From Candidatus Dormiibacterota bacterium (GTDB taxonomy: Bacteria; Chloroflexota; Dormibacteria; Aeolococcales; Bog-877), in contig DAHUZL010000143.1 in NCBI GenBank assembly GCA_027306655.1, positions 10,645 to 74,644 on the forward strand: 64,000 bases of DNA, given 5' to 3'. The notes under the pieces were generated by a model. The model was not told where the DNA came from. It worked only from the letters and a program-made list of their open reading frames with translations, and ran no database searches. Below are positions 44,850 to 54,749 of the stretch, one piece after another. The translations under genes and the position numbers were made by a program. Each line of letters starts with the position of its first letter. The first letter of the stretch is position 1.

Positions 44850-45946
44850 TCCGGGTCGACGTTCCGCTGGGGGCGCGCGCCTACTCGGTGTGGGTGGGGG
44901 CCGGCGCTTTCGGCCGCCTGGGGGCTCTCGTCGGTGAGCGGGGCGGCGCGTCGGGCTTCAGCGCTGCGGCCCTGGTGGCCGACGCCGGGCTGCCGGCCGC
45001 CCTGGCCGACCGAGCCCAGGACCAGCTCCGGGGGGCGGGCCTGGCGGTGGTTCGCCTGGAGCTCCGGGGCGAGCGGGCGAAGCGGCTCGCCACCGTGGAG
45101 CGGCTCTGCACCGCCTTCCGGGAGGCCGGTCTCGACCGCGAGGCGGTGGTGGTGGCGCTCGGCGGCGGGGTCGTCGGCGATGTCGCCGGCTTCGCCGCTG
45201 CCGTCTACCTGCGCGGGATCGCCTGCCTGCACTGCCCGACGACGCTGCAGGCGATGGTGGACAGCGCCATCGGCGGCAAGACCGGCGTCAACCTCGCCGC
45301 CGCCAAGAACCAGATCGGGGCGGTCCACCAGCCGGTGGCGGTCCTGTGCGATCCGGAGCTGGTGCGGAGCCTCCCCCGACGGGACCGTCGGGCGGCGTTC
45401 GGGGAGATCGTCAAGTACGGTATGGTGGGCGATCCGGCGGTGCTCGCCCGGCTCGGCGAGCTGGGCGGCGACGCCGGAGCCGCTGATCCCGCCTCCCTGG
45501 AGCCCCTGATCGCGCGCTGCTGCGCCTGCAAGGCCGAGCTGGTGGCGGGGGACGAGCACGACCAGGGGAGGCGCGCCATCCTCAACTACGGGCACACGAT
45601 CGGCCATGCGCTCGAGTCCACCCTCGGCTACGGCCGCCTCCGCCACGGGGAGGCGGTCGCCGTCGGGATGCGGGTCGCCGGCCGGCTGTCGGTCGCGGTG
45701 CGCGGCTGCCCGGCGGCCGACATCGCGGAGCAGGACCGACTCCTCGCCGACTTCGGCCTGGGCCGTCTGCCGCGGGGCGTGGCGGCGGATCCGGCGGCGA
45801 TCCTGGCCGCCACCCGGCACGACAAGAAGGTCGTCGGCGGTGAGCCTCGCTGGGTGCTGCTGGACCGGATCGGGGCCGCCCGGGGGGGTTACCGAGTCCC
45901 CGCCGAGCTGGCGGCGTCGGCGCTGGCCGGGGTGCTGGCGCCGTGA
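44846..45946 (+). CDS. aroB: 3-dehydroquinate synthase
   Basis: GGGVVGD, PTTL, GGKTGVN, KNQIG, LNYGHT, HGEAV, DKK. Confidence 0.95.
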   Translation: MIRVDVPLGARAYSVWVGAGAFGRLGALVGERGGASGFSAAALVADAGLPAALADRAQDQLRGAGLAVVRLELRGERAKRLATVERLCTAFREAGLDREAVVVALGGGVVGDVAGFAAAVYLRGIACLHCPTTLQAMVDSAIGGKTGVNLAAAKNQIGAVHQPVAVLCDPELVRSLPRRDRRAAFGEIVKYGMVGDPAVLARLGELGGDAGAADPASLEPLIARCCACKAELVAGDEHDQGRRAILNYGHTIGHALESTLGYGRLRHGEAVAVGMRVAGRLSVAVRGCPAADIAEQDRLLADFGLGRLPRGVAADPAAILAATRHDKKVVGGEPRWVLLDRIGAARGGYRVPAELAASALAGVLAP

Positions 45947-46419
45947 CGGCCGCGAGCGGGGCCGCGGACGTCCGGCTGGTCCTCTGCCTCAACGGCCCCA
46001 ACCTCGCCAGCCTCGGCCGCCGCCAACCGGACGTCTACGGGACGCTCACCCTGGAGCAGGTGCTGGAGCGGGTGGAGCGCCGGGCGGCGGCGCTGGGGGC
46101 CGAGCTCCGCTGCGTCCAGAGCAACCACGAGGGCACCCTGATCGACGAGCTGGAGCGGGCCGACGACGCCGCCTGCGCCATCCTCAACCCGGGCGGGCTC
46201 TCCCACACCAGCTGTGCCCTCCGCGACGCGGTGGCGGCCTTCGCGCGCCCGGTGGTGGAGGTCCACCTCACCAACGTCCACGCCCGGGAACCGTTCCGTC
46301 GGCGCCTGGTCACCGCCGCCGCCGCCCGCGGCGTCATCTGCGGGCTGGGGGCGCACGGCTACGAGCTGGCGCTGGAGGCGGCCCTCCGGCTCGCCGCTGA
46401 CGCCGGGGCGCCGCCGTGA
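45943..46419 (+). CDS. aroQ: Type II 3-dehydroquinate dehydratase
   Basis: NGPNL...YG, QSNHEG, NPG, EVHLTN. Confidence 0.94.
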   Translation: MTAASGAADVRLVLCLNGPNLASLGRRQPDVYGTLTLEQVLERVERRAAALGAELRCVQSNHEGTLIDELERADDAACAILNPGGLSHTSCALRDAVAAFARPVVEVHLTNVHAREPFRRRLVTAAAARGVICGLGAHGYELALEAALRLAADAGAPP

Positions 46420-46976
46420 TCGACGCCGGCGACCTTCGCCCGGGCCACACCATCGAGCGCGGCGGCCAGCTGATCGAGGTGCTCACCTTCGAGCACATCA
46501 AGCTCGGGCGCGGCACCGCGGTGGTGCGCACCCGGCTGCGCAACCTCGACACCGGCTCGGTGACCGAGGAGACGTTCCGGCCCGAGGAGCGCTTCCCCCG
46601 CGCCCGGATCGAGCGCTCCCAGGTCCAGCTGCTCTACCAGGACGGCGACCACCAGGTGGTGATGGACACCACCACCTTCGACCAGTTCCCGCTCACCGCG
46701 GCCCAGATGGGCGACGCCCTCCGCTACCTGCGCGAGAGCGACCATCTCACCCTCCTGCGCCACGACGAGCGCGTTCTCGGTGTCGAGCTGCCGATCACGG
46801 TGGAACTGACCGTCACCGCCACCGACCCGGGGTTCCGGGGTGACACCGCCACCGGCACCACCAAGCCGGCGACCCTGGAGACCGGGCTGGTGGTCGACGT
46901 CCCCCTGTTCGTCAGCGTCGGCGATCGGCTCCGGATCGACACCCGCTCCGGCCGCTACCTCGAGCGGGCGCCGTGA
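46416..46976 (+). CDS. efp: Elongation factor P
   Basis: DLRPG, HIKLGRG, GDTA, KPATLETG, VPLF, IDTR. Confidence 0.95.
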   Translation: MIDAGDLRPGHTIERGGQLIEVLTFEHIKLGRGTAVVRTRLRNLDTGSVTEETFRPEERFPRARIERSQVQLLYQDGDHQVVMDTTTFDQFPLTAAQMGDALRYLRESDHLTLLRHDERVLGVELPITVELTVTATDPGFRGDTATGTTKPATLETGLVVDVPLFVSVGDRLRIDTRSGRYLERAP

Positions 46977-47017
46977 GCGCGGTCCCCGGGACCGGCGTCC
47001 CGCCCGGCTGAGTCTGG

Positions 47018-47467
47018 GTGGCCTCGCGCCGGCAGGCACGGGAGCTGGCGCTGCGGGTGCTGTTCGCCCTCGACCCGAGCGGTGCCGGGGCGGCGGCGGC
47101 GGTGGCCCGCGCGGCCGCCGAGATGGGGGTCGACGAGCGGGGCCGCCGGTTCGCGCTGGAGCTGGTCCTGGGGGTGGTGCGCGACCGGGCGGCGATCGAC
47201 GGCCGGCTGGCGGCCGCCTCCGACCACTGGGCGCTCGACCAGATGGCGCAGGTCGAGCGGACCATCCTGCGGATGGCTGCCTTCGAGATGGGCGAGGACG
47301 GTCCCACCCCGGTGCGGGTGGCGATCAACGAGGCGGTGGAGCTGGCCAAGGCCTATGGCGGGGCCGAGGCGGGCCGCTTCGTCAACGGGGTCCTCGGCCG
47401 GCTGGCCGCCCCGCTGCCGCTGCGGGGAGCCGGGGAGGTGGGCGATGAAGGTCCTCCAGGTCGGTGA
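47018..47467 (+). CDS. nusB: Transcription antitermination factor NusB
   Basis: RRQARE, ERTILR, VAINEAVELAK, FVNGVL. Confidence 0.94.
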   Translation: MASRRQARELALRVLFALDPSGAGAAAAVARAAAEMGVDERGRRFALELVLGVVRDRAAIDGRLAAASDHWALDQMAQVERTILRMAAFEMGEDGPTPVRVAINEAVELAKAYGGAEAGRFVNGVLGRLAAPLPLRGAGEVGDEGPPGR

Positions 47468-48743
47468 GCTGAGCGCCCGCCTTCGGGCGACCCTGGAGGA
47501 CGAGCCGTCGCTCCAGGACGTCTACGTCGAGGCCGAGATCGGCGACTGCAGCCGGTCCGCCGCCGGCCACTGGTACGTGACCCTCCGCGATGCCCGGCCC
47601 GGCCAGGCGGAGCGGGCGGCGGTCTCGGCGGTTCTCTTCCGGGGGGCGGCGGCCGGGCTCGCCTTCGAGCCGGCCCGGGGGCAGCGCGTGATCGCCCACG
47701 GCCAGGTCGCCCTCTACGCGCCGCGCGGGCAGCTGCAGCTGGTCCTCGACCGGCTGGAGCCGGTCGGGGTCGGTGCGCTCGCGATCGCCTTTGCCCAGCT
47801 CGTGGCCCGTCTCGAGGTCGAGGGCCTGCTCGCCGCCGAGCGCCGCCGGCCGCTCCCGTTCCTGCCTCGGCGGGTCGCGGTGGTGACCTCGACCACCGGC
47901 GCCGCGATCCGGGACGTCCTCCACGTGCTCCACCGCCGCTGCCCGATCGTGGAGGTGCTTGTGGTGCCCACCCTGGTCCAGGGCGACCTCGCCCCCGGCC
48001 AGCTGGTCCGGGCCCTGCAGCTGGCCCCCCAGCCGGGTGTGGAGGTGGTCCTGCTGGTCCGCGGCGGCGGGTCGCTGGAGGATCTCCAGGCCTTCAACCA
48101 CGAGGCGGTGGCTCGGGCGGTGGCGGCGGTGCCGGTCCCGGTGGTGGTCGGGGTGGGCCACGAGACCGACACCACCGTCTGCGACCTGGTCGCGGACCGC
48201 CGGGCGGCGACGCCCTCGGTGGCGGCGGCGCTGGTCGTCCCTGACCTCTGGCAGCTGCGCGAGGAGGTCCAGCTGCGCCGCGCCCGCTGGCGGCGGTCGG
48301 CGCTGGGCCAGGTCGGGCGCCGGCGGCTGACCCTGGAGGCCCGGGCGGCGCGGCTCGGCCGGCTCAGCCCGCTGCGGCGGCTGGTCGCGCGCCGCCAGGA
48401 CCTCGATCGCGCAGCAGTCCGGCTGGCCCGGGCGGTGGCGCGCCGGGTCACCATCGACCGGGACCGGAGCCGGTCCCGGCGCGACCGGCTCCGGCGCGAG
48501 GCGGCGCGGATCACCCGGGCCGCGCGCGAGGGGCTGGTGGCGCGGTCCGGCCGCCTCGAGGCGCTCAGCCCGGTGGCGGTGCTGGCCCGCGGGTACTCGA
48601 TGACGTGGGATGTGGGCCGCCACCGGGTGGCGCGGACGGCCGCCGAGCTCAGCCCCGGCGACCGGATCCGCACCCGGCTCGGGGCGGGTATGGTGAGCAG
48701 CACCGTGACCGGAGTGGAGCCGGAGGAGAGGGCGCATGGCTGA
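47445..48743 (+). CDS. xseA: Exodeoxyribonuclease VII large subunit
   Basis: GHWYVTLRD, GAAIRD, RGGGSLEDL, GHETD, ATPS, LARGYS. Confidence 0.94.
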   Translation: MKVLQVGELSARLRATLEDEPSLQDVYVEAEIGDCSRSAAGHWYVTLRDARPGQAERAAVSAVLFRGAAAGLAFEPARGQRVIAHGQVALYAPRGQLQLVLDRLEPVGVGALAIAFAQLVARLEVEGLLAAERRRPLPFLPRRVAVVTSTTGAAIRDVLHVLHRRCPIVEVLVVPTLVQGDLAPGQLVRALQLAPQPGVEVVLLVRGGGSLEDLQAFNHEAVARAVAAVPVPVVVGVGHETDTTVCDLVADRRAATPSVAAALVVPDLWQLREEVQLRRARWRRSALGQVGRRRLTLEARAARLGRLSPLRRLVARRQDLDRAAVRLARAVARRVTIDRDRSRSRRDRLRREAARITRAAREGLVARSGRLEALSPVAVLARGYSMTWDVGRHRVARTAAELSPGDRIRTRLGAGMVSSTVTGVEPEERAHG

Positions 48744-49005
48744 GGCGGCACCGGCCGACGGCCTCACCTACGAGGAGGCCGCCCGCGAGCTGGACCGGCT
48801 GATCGCCCGCCTGGAGGACGACGAGGTGCCCCTGGAGGAGGCGCTCGCCGTCTACGAGCGGGGCGTCACCCTCCTGCGTCGCTCCGGCGAGCTGCTGGAC
48901 GGGGTGGAGCGCCGGGTGAAGGCCCTCGGCCTTGGCGAGGGAGACGAGCCGCGCGAGGAGCCGTTCGCCCTGGAGGAGGTCACCGGCGACGGGCCGGCGC
49001 GGTGA
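48736..49005 (+). CDS. xseB: Exodeoxyribonuclease VII small subunit
   Basis: YEEA..L..LE...LEEAL..YERG. Confidence 0.9.
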   Translation: MAEAAPADGLTYEEAARELDRLIARLEDDEVPLEEALAVYERGVTLLRRSGELLDGVERRVKALGLGEGDEPREEPFALEEVTGDGPAR

Positions 49006-49433
49006 CCGCGCTCCTCCACAACGGCTACGTCTGGGCGCCCCTCCTGGCCTGGGCGGTGGCGCAGATCCTGAAGGTGGCGACCGAGTCCGTCCGCGTGCGC
49101 CAGCTGAGTCTGCACCCGCTCGGGAGCTCCGGGGGCATGCCCAGCTCGCACACCGCCATGACCGTCTGCCTCACCACCCGGCTGGCCCGGCTGCTCGGGA
49201 CCGGGTCGCCGGTGTTCGCGACCGCCGCGGTGCTGACGATGGTCGTCGTCTACGACGCGACCGGGGTGCGCCGGGCCGCCGGCAACCAGGCCCGGGTCCT
49301 GAACCGCGTCCTCGACGACCTGCGCCAGCATCTGGGGCTTCGCCACGAACGCGTCCTGGAGCTGCTCGGGCACACCCCGGTCGAGGTCCTGGTAGGAGCG
49401 GCCCTCGGCGTCGTGGTCGGGATGCTGGTGTGA
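49002..49433 (+). CDS. Divergent PAP2 family protein (DUF212)
   Basis: AQILK, GGMPSSH, YDATGVRR, LGHTP.EV..G. Confidence 0.9.
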   Translation: MTALLHNGYVWAPLLAWAVAQILKVATESVRVRQLSLHPLGSSGGMPSSHTAMTVCLTTRLARLLGTGSPVFATAAVLTMVVVYDATGVRRAAGNQARVLNRVLDDLRQHLGLRHERVLELLGHTPVEVLVGAALGVVVGMLV

Positions 49434-50029
49434 CGGCGGCGGCGGAGCCCTACGTCAGCCGGGCGGGGCGCAAGCTGGCCCACGCCCTCGACGCCTTCCA
49501 GGTCGACCTCGCCGGCCGGACCGTGCTCGACGCGGGGGCGTCCACGGGCGGCTTCACCGACTGCTGCCTCCAGCGAGGCGCCGTCCAGGTCTATGCGGTC
49601 GACGTCGCCTACGGGTTCCTCGCCTGGCGGCTCCGCCAGGACCCCCGGGTGGTGGTCCTGGAGCGGACCAACCTGCGCACCCTGGCCGACCTGCCCGGGC
49701 CCGCCCCGGACTGCGCCACCCTCGACCTCTCCTTCATCGGCCTGGGGCTGGTCTGGCCGGCGGTTCTGCGGCTCCTGACCCGGCCCGCCCTCGCCCTGGT
49801 CCTCATCAAGCCGCAGTTCGAGGCCCGGCGCGACCAGGTGCCCCGGGGCGGGATCGTGCCGCCCGCGACCGGCCGGGCGGTGGCCCAGGCGGTCCTGGCG
49901 GGCCTGGCAGCGGCCGAACCCGGCACCGTCGCCCGGGGGCCGATCCCGGCCGACCCGCCGGGACGGTCGGGCACGGTCGAGTGGTCGGCGCTGCTGGAGC
50001 TGGCCGCCCCGCCGGCGGTGTCCCGGTGA
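49430..50029 (+). CDS. tlyA: TlyA-family rRNA 2'-O-methyltransferase lacking the N-terminal S4 domain
   Basis: YVSRAG.KL, DAGASTGGFTD, AVDV, ERTN, DLSFI, LIKPQFE. Confidence 0.88.
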   Translation: MTAAAEPYVSRAGRKLAHALDAFQVDLAGRTVLDAGASTGGFTDCCLQRGAVQVYAVDVAYGFLAWRLRQDPRVVVLERTNLRTLADLPGPAPDCATLDLSFIGLGLVWPAVLRLLTRPALALVLIKPQFEARRDQVPRGGIVPPATGRAVAQAVLAGLAAAEPGTVARGPIPADPPGRSGTVEWSALLELAAPPAVSR

Positions 50030-50943
50030 CAGGGTCCGCGATCGGATTCCTGCTCCATCCCCGGGTGCCGCCCGACGAGCCGCTGCTGGCCGCCGCCCGG
50101 GAGCGGGCGGGCGCCCACGGCTATCGCACCTGGACGGCGCAGCAGGCGGTGGCCGCGACATTCCGCGCCGAGCGGGCGGACACGGCCCTCCTGGTGTCGG
50201 TGGGAGGGGACGGCACCCTCCTCTACGCGGCGCGGCTGGCGGCCCCCTGCGGCCTGCCCCTCCTCGGCGTCAACCGCGGCCAGCTGGGCTTCCTCACCGA
50301 CATCCAGCTGGAGCAGCTGCCGGCGGCGCTGGACGACGTCGCCGGGGGCCGCCACCGGGTGGACCACCGCCATGTGCTGGTCGCCGAGCTCGACCCGGCC
50401 GGCACCGGCCCCGGTACCCGCTGGCGCGCCCTCGCCGTCAACGAGGTGGCGGTGAAGGCGATCGGGGTCACCCTGGCGCGGCTGCGGGTCACCGCCGCCG
50501 AGGAGCTGGTGGGAGCCTTCGACGCCGATGGGCTGGTGCTCGCCACCAGCACCGGTTCGACCGCCTACTCGCTGTCCGCCGGCGGGCCGCCGGTGCACCC
50601 GGCGGTGGCCGCGATGGTCCTCACCCCGATCAATCCCCACGCCCTGGTGAGCCGCTCCGTCATCCTGCCCGACGACCGGGAGGTGCGGATCGTGGTCGAG
50701 CGCGGGCCGGTCCAGATGGCCGCCGACGGCCAGCACCCCATCGAGCTGGAGCGCGGGGCGTCGGTCCTGGTCGGCCGCGGGCCCGACCTGCTCCTGGTCC
50801 GGCCGCCCAGCGCGCCGGGCTACTTCGATCGGCTCCGCAGCACCACCCGCTTCGGGATGGTGCTCAAGACCGGGGCCGACCTCCTGGAGCCGCAGCCGCG
50901 CTGGCCGCAGCCGGTCAACCCCCTCGACCAGGCCGGGGGCTGA
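50026..50943 (+). CDS. nadK: NAD kinase
   Basis: GGDGT, GVNRGQLGFL, NE, DGL..ATSTGSTAYSLSAGGP. Confidence 0.94.
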   Translation: MTGSAIGFLLHPRVPPDEPLLAAARERAGAHGYRTWTAQQAVAATFRAERADTALLVSVGGDGTLLYAARLAAPCGLPLLGVNRGQLGFLTDIQLEQLPAALDDVAGGRHRVDHRHVLVAELDPAGTGPGTRWRALAVNEVAVKAIGVTLARLRVTAAEELVGAFDADGLVLATSTGSTAYSLSAGGPPVHPAVAAMVLTPINPHALVSRSVILPDDREVRIVVERGPVQMAADGQHPIELERGASVLVGRGPDLLLVRPPSAPGYFDRLRSTTRFGMVLKTGADLLEPQPRWPQPVNPLDQAGG

Positions 50944-50947
50944 CCGG

Positions 50948-52711
50948 GTGCTGGTGGAGCTCGGGGTGGCGGACCTGGCCGTGATCGAGCGCGCCACCCT
51001 GGAGCTCGGGCCGGGGCTCACCTGCCTCACCGGCGAGAGCGGGGCGGGCAAGTCGGTGCTGCTGCGCGCACTCGAGTGCGCCGGCGGCGGCCGTGCCGAC
51101 CCCGACCTGGTGCGCACCGGCTCGGACCGTGCCAAGGTGCGCGCGGTGTTCGATCGGGTGGGGCCGGCCATCCAGGCGGTGCTCGCCGACCACGGGGTCC
51201 CCGCCGACGAGCCGGTGGTGGTGGTTCGCGAGTTCGGCCGGGAGGGACGCCCGCTGGCACGCATCAACGGCTGCCAGGTCCCGCCGGCGCTCCTGCGCGC
51301 CGTCGCGGAGTCGGAGGTGGAGGTGGTGCAGCAGGGCGCCCCGTCGCGCTGGCTGCTCCCGAAGGCCCACCTGGACGCGGTCGACACCGTGATCGGCGAG
51401 GGCGGCCGCCAGGCGCTGTCCCGGGTCGGGGCCCTCCACCGGAGGTGGCTCCTGGCGCGGCGGGCCGCGCGCTCCGCCGCGGAGCGGCGAACGGGGCGGG
51501 CCGCGGAGCTCGAGCGTGCCCGCCACGACCTCGCCGAGCTGGAGGCGGTTCGGCCGCTCCCGGGCGAGGACCGCGTGCTCCTCCAGGAGCGCGAGCGGCT
51601 TCGCCGCGGCGCCCAGCTCCGCGAGGCGGCCACTGCGTTGCTCGCCGCCGTCGCCGGCGGCCTGGACCCCGACGGCGGGGGCCACCGCTCCGCCCGCGAC
51701 CTGGTCGCCGGCGCGGCCCGGGCGGCCCGTGCGGTCCGGGGCGTGGATCCCCAGCTGGACCAGTGCGCGGACCAGGCCGAGTCGCTGGCCGAGGAGCTGG
51801 CGGGCCTGGGGTCGGAGCTGCGGCGAGCCCTGGAGCGCCTGGAGGACGACCCCGCCCGCCTGGCGGCGGTGGAGGAGAGGCTCGCGGTCCTGGAGCGGAT
51901 CGCCCGCCGCCACGGCGGCGATCTCGTCGCGGCCACGGAGCGGTGGGCCGAGGCCGCCGAGGTGGTGGCGGGCGCGGAGACCGGTGCCCAGGAGGCATCC
52001 CGGTGGGCGGCCGAGCTGGAGCGAAGCGGGGCCGCGCTGGGCGACGCGGCGCTGGCCCTGCACCACCGGCGCCGCGCCGCCGCGGACCGTCTCGCCGCCG
52101 CGGTCGCCGCCGACCTCCGGCTGCTGCTGATGCCGGCGGCGCGGGTGACGATCACCCTCGCCACCCGACCCGACCCGGACGGCGTCCCGGGGCCGGCCGG
52201 GGAGCGGGTGGCCTGCACCGCGTCGGGGATCGACTCCGCGGTCCTGGCCCTGGCCACCGCACCCGGGGAGGACCCCCGGCCCCTGGCCGAGGTCGCCTCC
52301 GGGGGCGAGCTGGCCCGCCTGGTGCTGGTGCTGCAGGCTCACCTCGCCGCGGCGGGCGGCACCCCGACCGTGGTGTTCGACGAGGTCGACGAGGGGCTCG
52401 GGGGGGAGGCGGCGAGCCGGGTGGGCGAGCACCTCCGGCGCCTGGCCGCCCACCGGCAGGTCCTCTGCGTGACCCATCAGGCGTCGATCGCCGCCCGGGC
52501 CGACCGCCACCTCGTGGTGGAGAAGCGGCTGCGCGCCGACCGCCACCAGAGCGGGGTCCGTGAGGTCCAGGGCCGGGAGCGGGTGACCGAGCTGGCCCGG
52601 CTGCTCGCCGGCGCGGTCGCTCCGGCCGCCGGCCGCGCCCACGCCGCCGAGCTGCTGCTGCGCCTGGGCCCGCCGGTGGCCGCGGGCCCGGGCGCCGAGC
52701 GGCCGGCATGA
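50948..52711 (+). CDS. recN: DNA repair protein RecN
   Basis: TGESGAGKS, coiled coil, ASGGE, FDEVD, VTH, ELARLL. Confidence 0.92.
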   Translation: MLVELGVADLAVIERATLELGPGLTCLTGESGAGKSVLLRALECAGGGRADPDLVRTGSDRAKVRAVFDRVGPAIQAVLADHGVPADEPVVVVREFGREGRPLARINGCQVPPALLRAVAESEVEVVQQGAPSRWLLPKAHLDAVDTVIGEGGRQALSRVGALHRRWLLARRAARSAAERRTGRAAELERARHDLAELEAVRPLPGEDRVLLQERERLRRGAQLREAATALLAAVAGGLDPDGGGHRSARDLVAGAARAARAVRGVDPQLDQCADQAESLAEELAGLGSELRRALERLEDDPARLAAVEERLAVLERIARRHGGDLVAATERWAEAAEVVAGAETGAQEASRWAAELERSGAALGDAALALHHRRRAAADRLAAAVAADLRLLLMPAARVTITLATRPDPDGVPGPAGERVACTASGIDSAVLALATAPGEDPRPLAEVASGGELARLVLVLQAHLAAAGGTPTVVFDEVDEGLGGEAASRVGEHLRRLAAHRQVLCVTHQASIAARADRHLVVEKRLRADRHQSGVREVQGRERVTELARLLAGAVAPAAGRAHAAELLLRLGPPVAAGPGAERPA

Positions 52712-53403
52712 GTGAGCCGGCCCCGCCCCCGGTCCCGGCGGAGCTGGCCGCCCTGCTGGAGGGGGCCCAGCGCGGGGGGGGCGACCTCGCCTCCGTCCCC
52801 ATCGCCGAGCTGGCGCGGTCGGTGCGGCAGCGGGTCGACGGCGAGGGGTCGGTCGGGGACGACGATCTGGCGGAGCTGGTCCTGGGACTGGTCCGGCTGC
52901 TGCGGCTGAAGGCGGCCCGCGTCCTCGCCGGCGAGCCGCCGGCGTCTCCCTCCCCGTCGGCGCCGGAGCCGCCGGACGACCCCGAGGCCCGCCTCGCGGA
53001 GGCCCGGCTCTTCCGGGCGGCCGCCGACGTGCTGATCAGCGATCCCGCCGCCGGGCCACAGGCCTTCCTGCGGGTGCTGGGCGTCGTGGTGGAGCCGCGG
53101 GTCGAGCTGCGGGTGCCCCCCGAGGCGCTCGCCCGGGCTCTGCGCGCGGTGCTGGAGCGGCTGCCGGTCGCGCTCACGATGTCGGCGGTGCCGCTCACCC
53201 ACTCGGTGGCGGCCAAGGTGCGGGAGCTGCGATCGCGGCTGGCCGCCGGGGCGCCCTTGGCGTTCGCCGAGTGCTTCGAGGCGGCGCGCGACCGCCTGGA
53301 GGCGATCGCGTACTTCCTGGCGCTGCTCGAGCTCGTCGCCAGCGGCGGAGCCCGCTGCCTCCAGGATCGCCCTGGTGGTCCGATCGTGGTCGAGCGTGGC
53401 TGA
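52708..53403 (+). CDS. scpA: Segregation/condensation protein A (divergent)
   Basis: LL.LKA..L, C-terminal FLALLEL winged helix; upstream of scpB. Confidence 0.75.
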   Translation: MSEPAPPPVPAELAALLEGAQRGGGDLASVPIAELARSVRQRVDGEGSVGDDDLAELVLGLVRLLRLKAARVLAGEPPASPSPSAPEPPDDPEARLAEARLFRAAADVLISDPAAGPQAFLRVLGVVVEPRVELRVPPEALARALRAVLERLPVALTMSAVPLTHSVAAKVRELRSRLAAGAPLAFAECFEAARDRLEAIAYFLALLELVASGGARCLQDRPGGPIVVERG

Positions 53404-53998
53404 GGCGGTCGATTCCGACCCCGAGGCTGACCGCGGGGATGCCCCCGGGGGGCCGGCCGACCCCGCGGGCGACGAGGCGGCGCGGGCCCGGGCCCTGGAG
53501 GCGGTGCTCTTCGTGCGGGCCGAGCCCATGGGCCTGCCCGAGCTGGGCCGCATCCTGGCGGTGCCGGAGGGCGCGGTGCGGGCGGCGGCCGAGGACCTGG
53601 CCGATCGCCTGCGCGGCAGCGGCCTCATGCTCCAGGCCCACGCCGACGCCCTCCAGCTCGCCACCCGGCCCGAGGTGGCGGCGGTGGTGGAGCGCGCCCT
53701 CCATCCCGAGCTCCCCGGCCGCCTCTCCCGAGCCGCCATCGAGACCCTCGCCATCATCGCCTACCGCCAGCCGGTCGCCCGAGCGGCCCTGGAGGGGATC
53801 CGGGGGGTGAACTGCGATGCGGTCCTGAGCAGCCTGGAGCGGCGCGGACTGGTGGAGGAGGTGGGGCGCGACCCCGGTCCGGGCCGGGCGCGGCTGTTCG
53901 GGACCACCCTCCGCTTCCTCCAGGTGGTGGGCCTGGAGCGGATCGAGCACCTGCCCCCGCTCGCCGATCCTCGCCCGCCCCCCGGGGATGGAGGCTAG
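53396..53998 (+). CDS. scpB: Segregation/condensation protein B
   Basis: LEAVLF, LSRAAIETLAIIAYRQPV, IRGV, LFGTT..FL..GL. Confidence 0.94.
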   Translation: MAEAVDSDPEADRGDAPGGPADPAGDEAARARALEAVLFVRAEPMGLPELGRILAVPEGAVRAAAEDLADRLRGSGLMLQAHADALQLATRPEVAAVVERALHPELPGRLSRAAIETLAIIAYRQPVARAALEGIRGVNCDAVLSSLERRGLVEEVGRDPGPGRARLFGTTLRFLQVVGLERIEHLPPLADPRPPPGDGG

Positions 53999-54749
53999 CG
54001 CCATCGGTGCCGCGGCGGAGCCGGGCGAACGCCTCGGCTCCTACCTCGCCCGCCGCGGCGTCGCGTCCCGTCGCGAGGCGGACCGGCTGGTCCGCGAGGG
54101 GTGGGTGCGGGTCAACGACCGGGCGCCGTCGGGCGCCGGCCAGCGGGTGCGCGCGGAGGCCGACCGGGTCACGGTCCGGGGACGGCCGGTGCCGGCGGCG
54201 CCACCGGCGCTCGTGACCTTGGCCCTGAACAAGCCGGTCGGCGTGGTCTCGACCGTGCGCGACCCCGAGGGACGTCCGACGGTCGTGGATTTCGCCCCCG
54301 GCGGGGTCCGGGTCTTCCCGGTCGGCCGCCTCGACCTGCGGTCGCGGGGGCTGGTCCTGCTCACCAATGACGGGCGGCTGGCGCTGCGCCTCACCCATCC
54401 CCGCTACCAGGTGGTCAAGCTCTACCGGGTCGCGGTCGCCGGCCACCCGCGCCCGGAGCAGCTGGAGCGGCTGGGGAGCGGGGTGGTCCTGGAGGACGGG
54501 CCGGCCCGGCCGCTTGCGGTGCGCCCCGCCGGGCGCTGGCGGCACGGCGCGCGGATCGAGCTCGGCCTCGCCGAGGGCCGGTCGCACGAGGTGCGCCGGC
54601 TGCTGGCGGCGGTCGGGCTGGCCGTCGTGGACCTCCAGCGGGTGGCGATCGGTCCGCTCCGCCTCGGCTCGCAGCCGGAGGCGTCGGTGCGGGAGCTGGG
54701 CCGGGGGGAGCATCGCCGCCTGCTCCGCGCGGCCGGTCTCGGGCCGTGA
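53988..54749 (+). CDS. rluB: rRNA pseudouridine synthase (RluB/RsuA family)
   Basis: S4 domain GVASRR, NKPVG, VGRLD, LLTNDG, EGR. Confidence 0.88.
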   Translation: MEASAIGAAAEPGERLGSYLARRGVASRREADRLVREGWVRVNDRAPSGAGQRVRAEADRVTVRGRPVPAAPPALVTLALNKPVGVVSTVRDPEGRPTVVDFAPGGVRVFPVGRLDLRSRGLVLLTNDGRLALRLTHPRYQVVKLYRVAVAGHPRPEQLERLGSGVVLEDGPARPLAVRPAGRWRHGARIELGLAEGRSHEVRRLLAAVGLAVVDLQRVAIGPLRLGSQPEASVRELGRGEHRRLLRAAGLGP

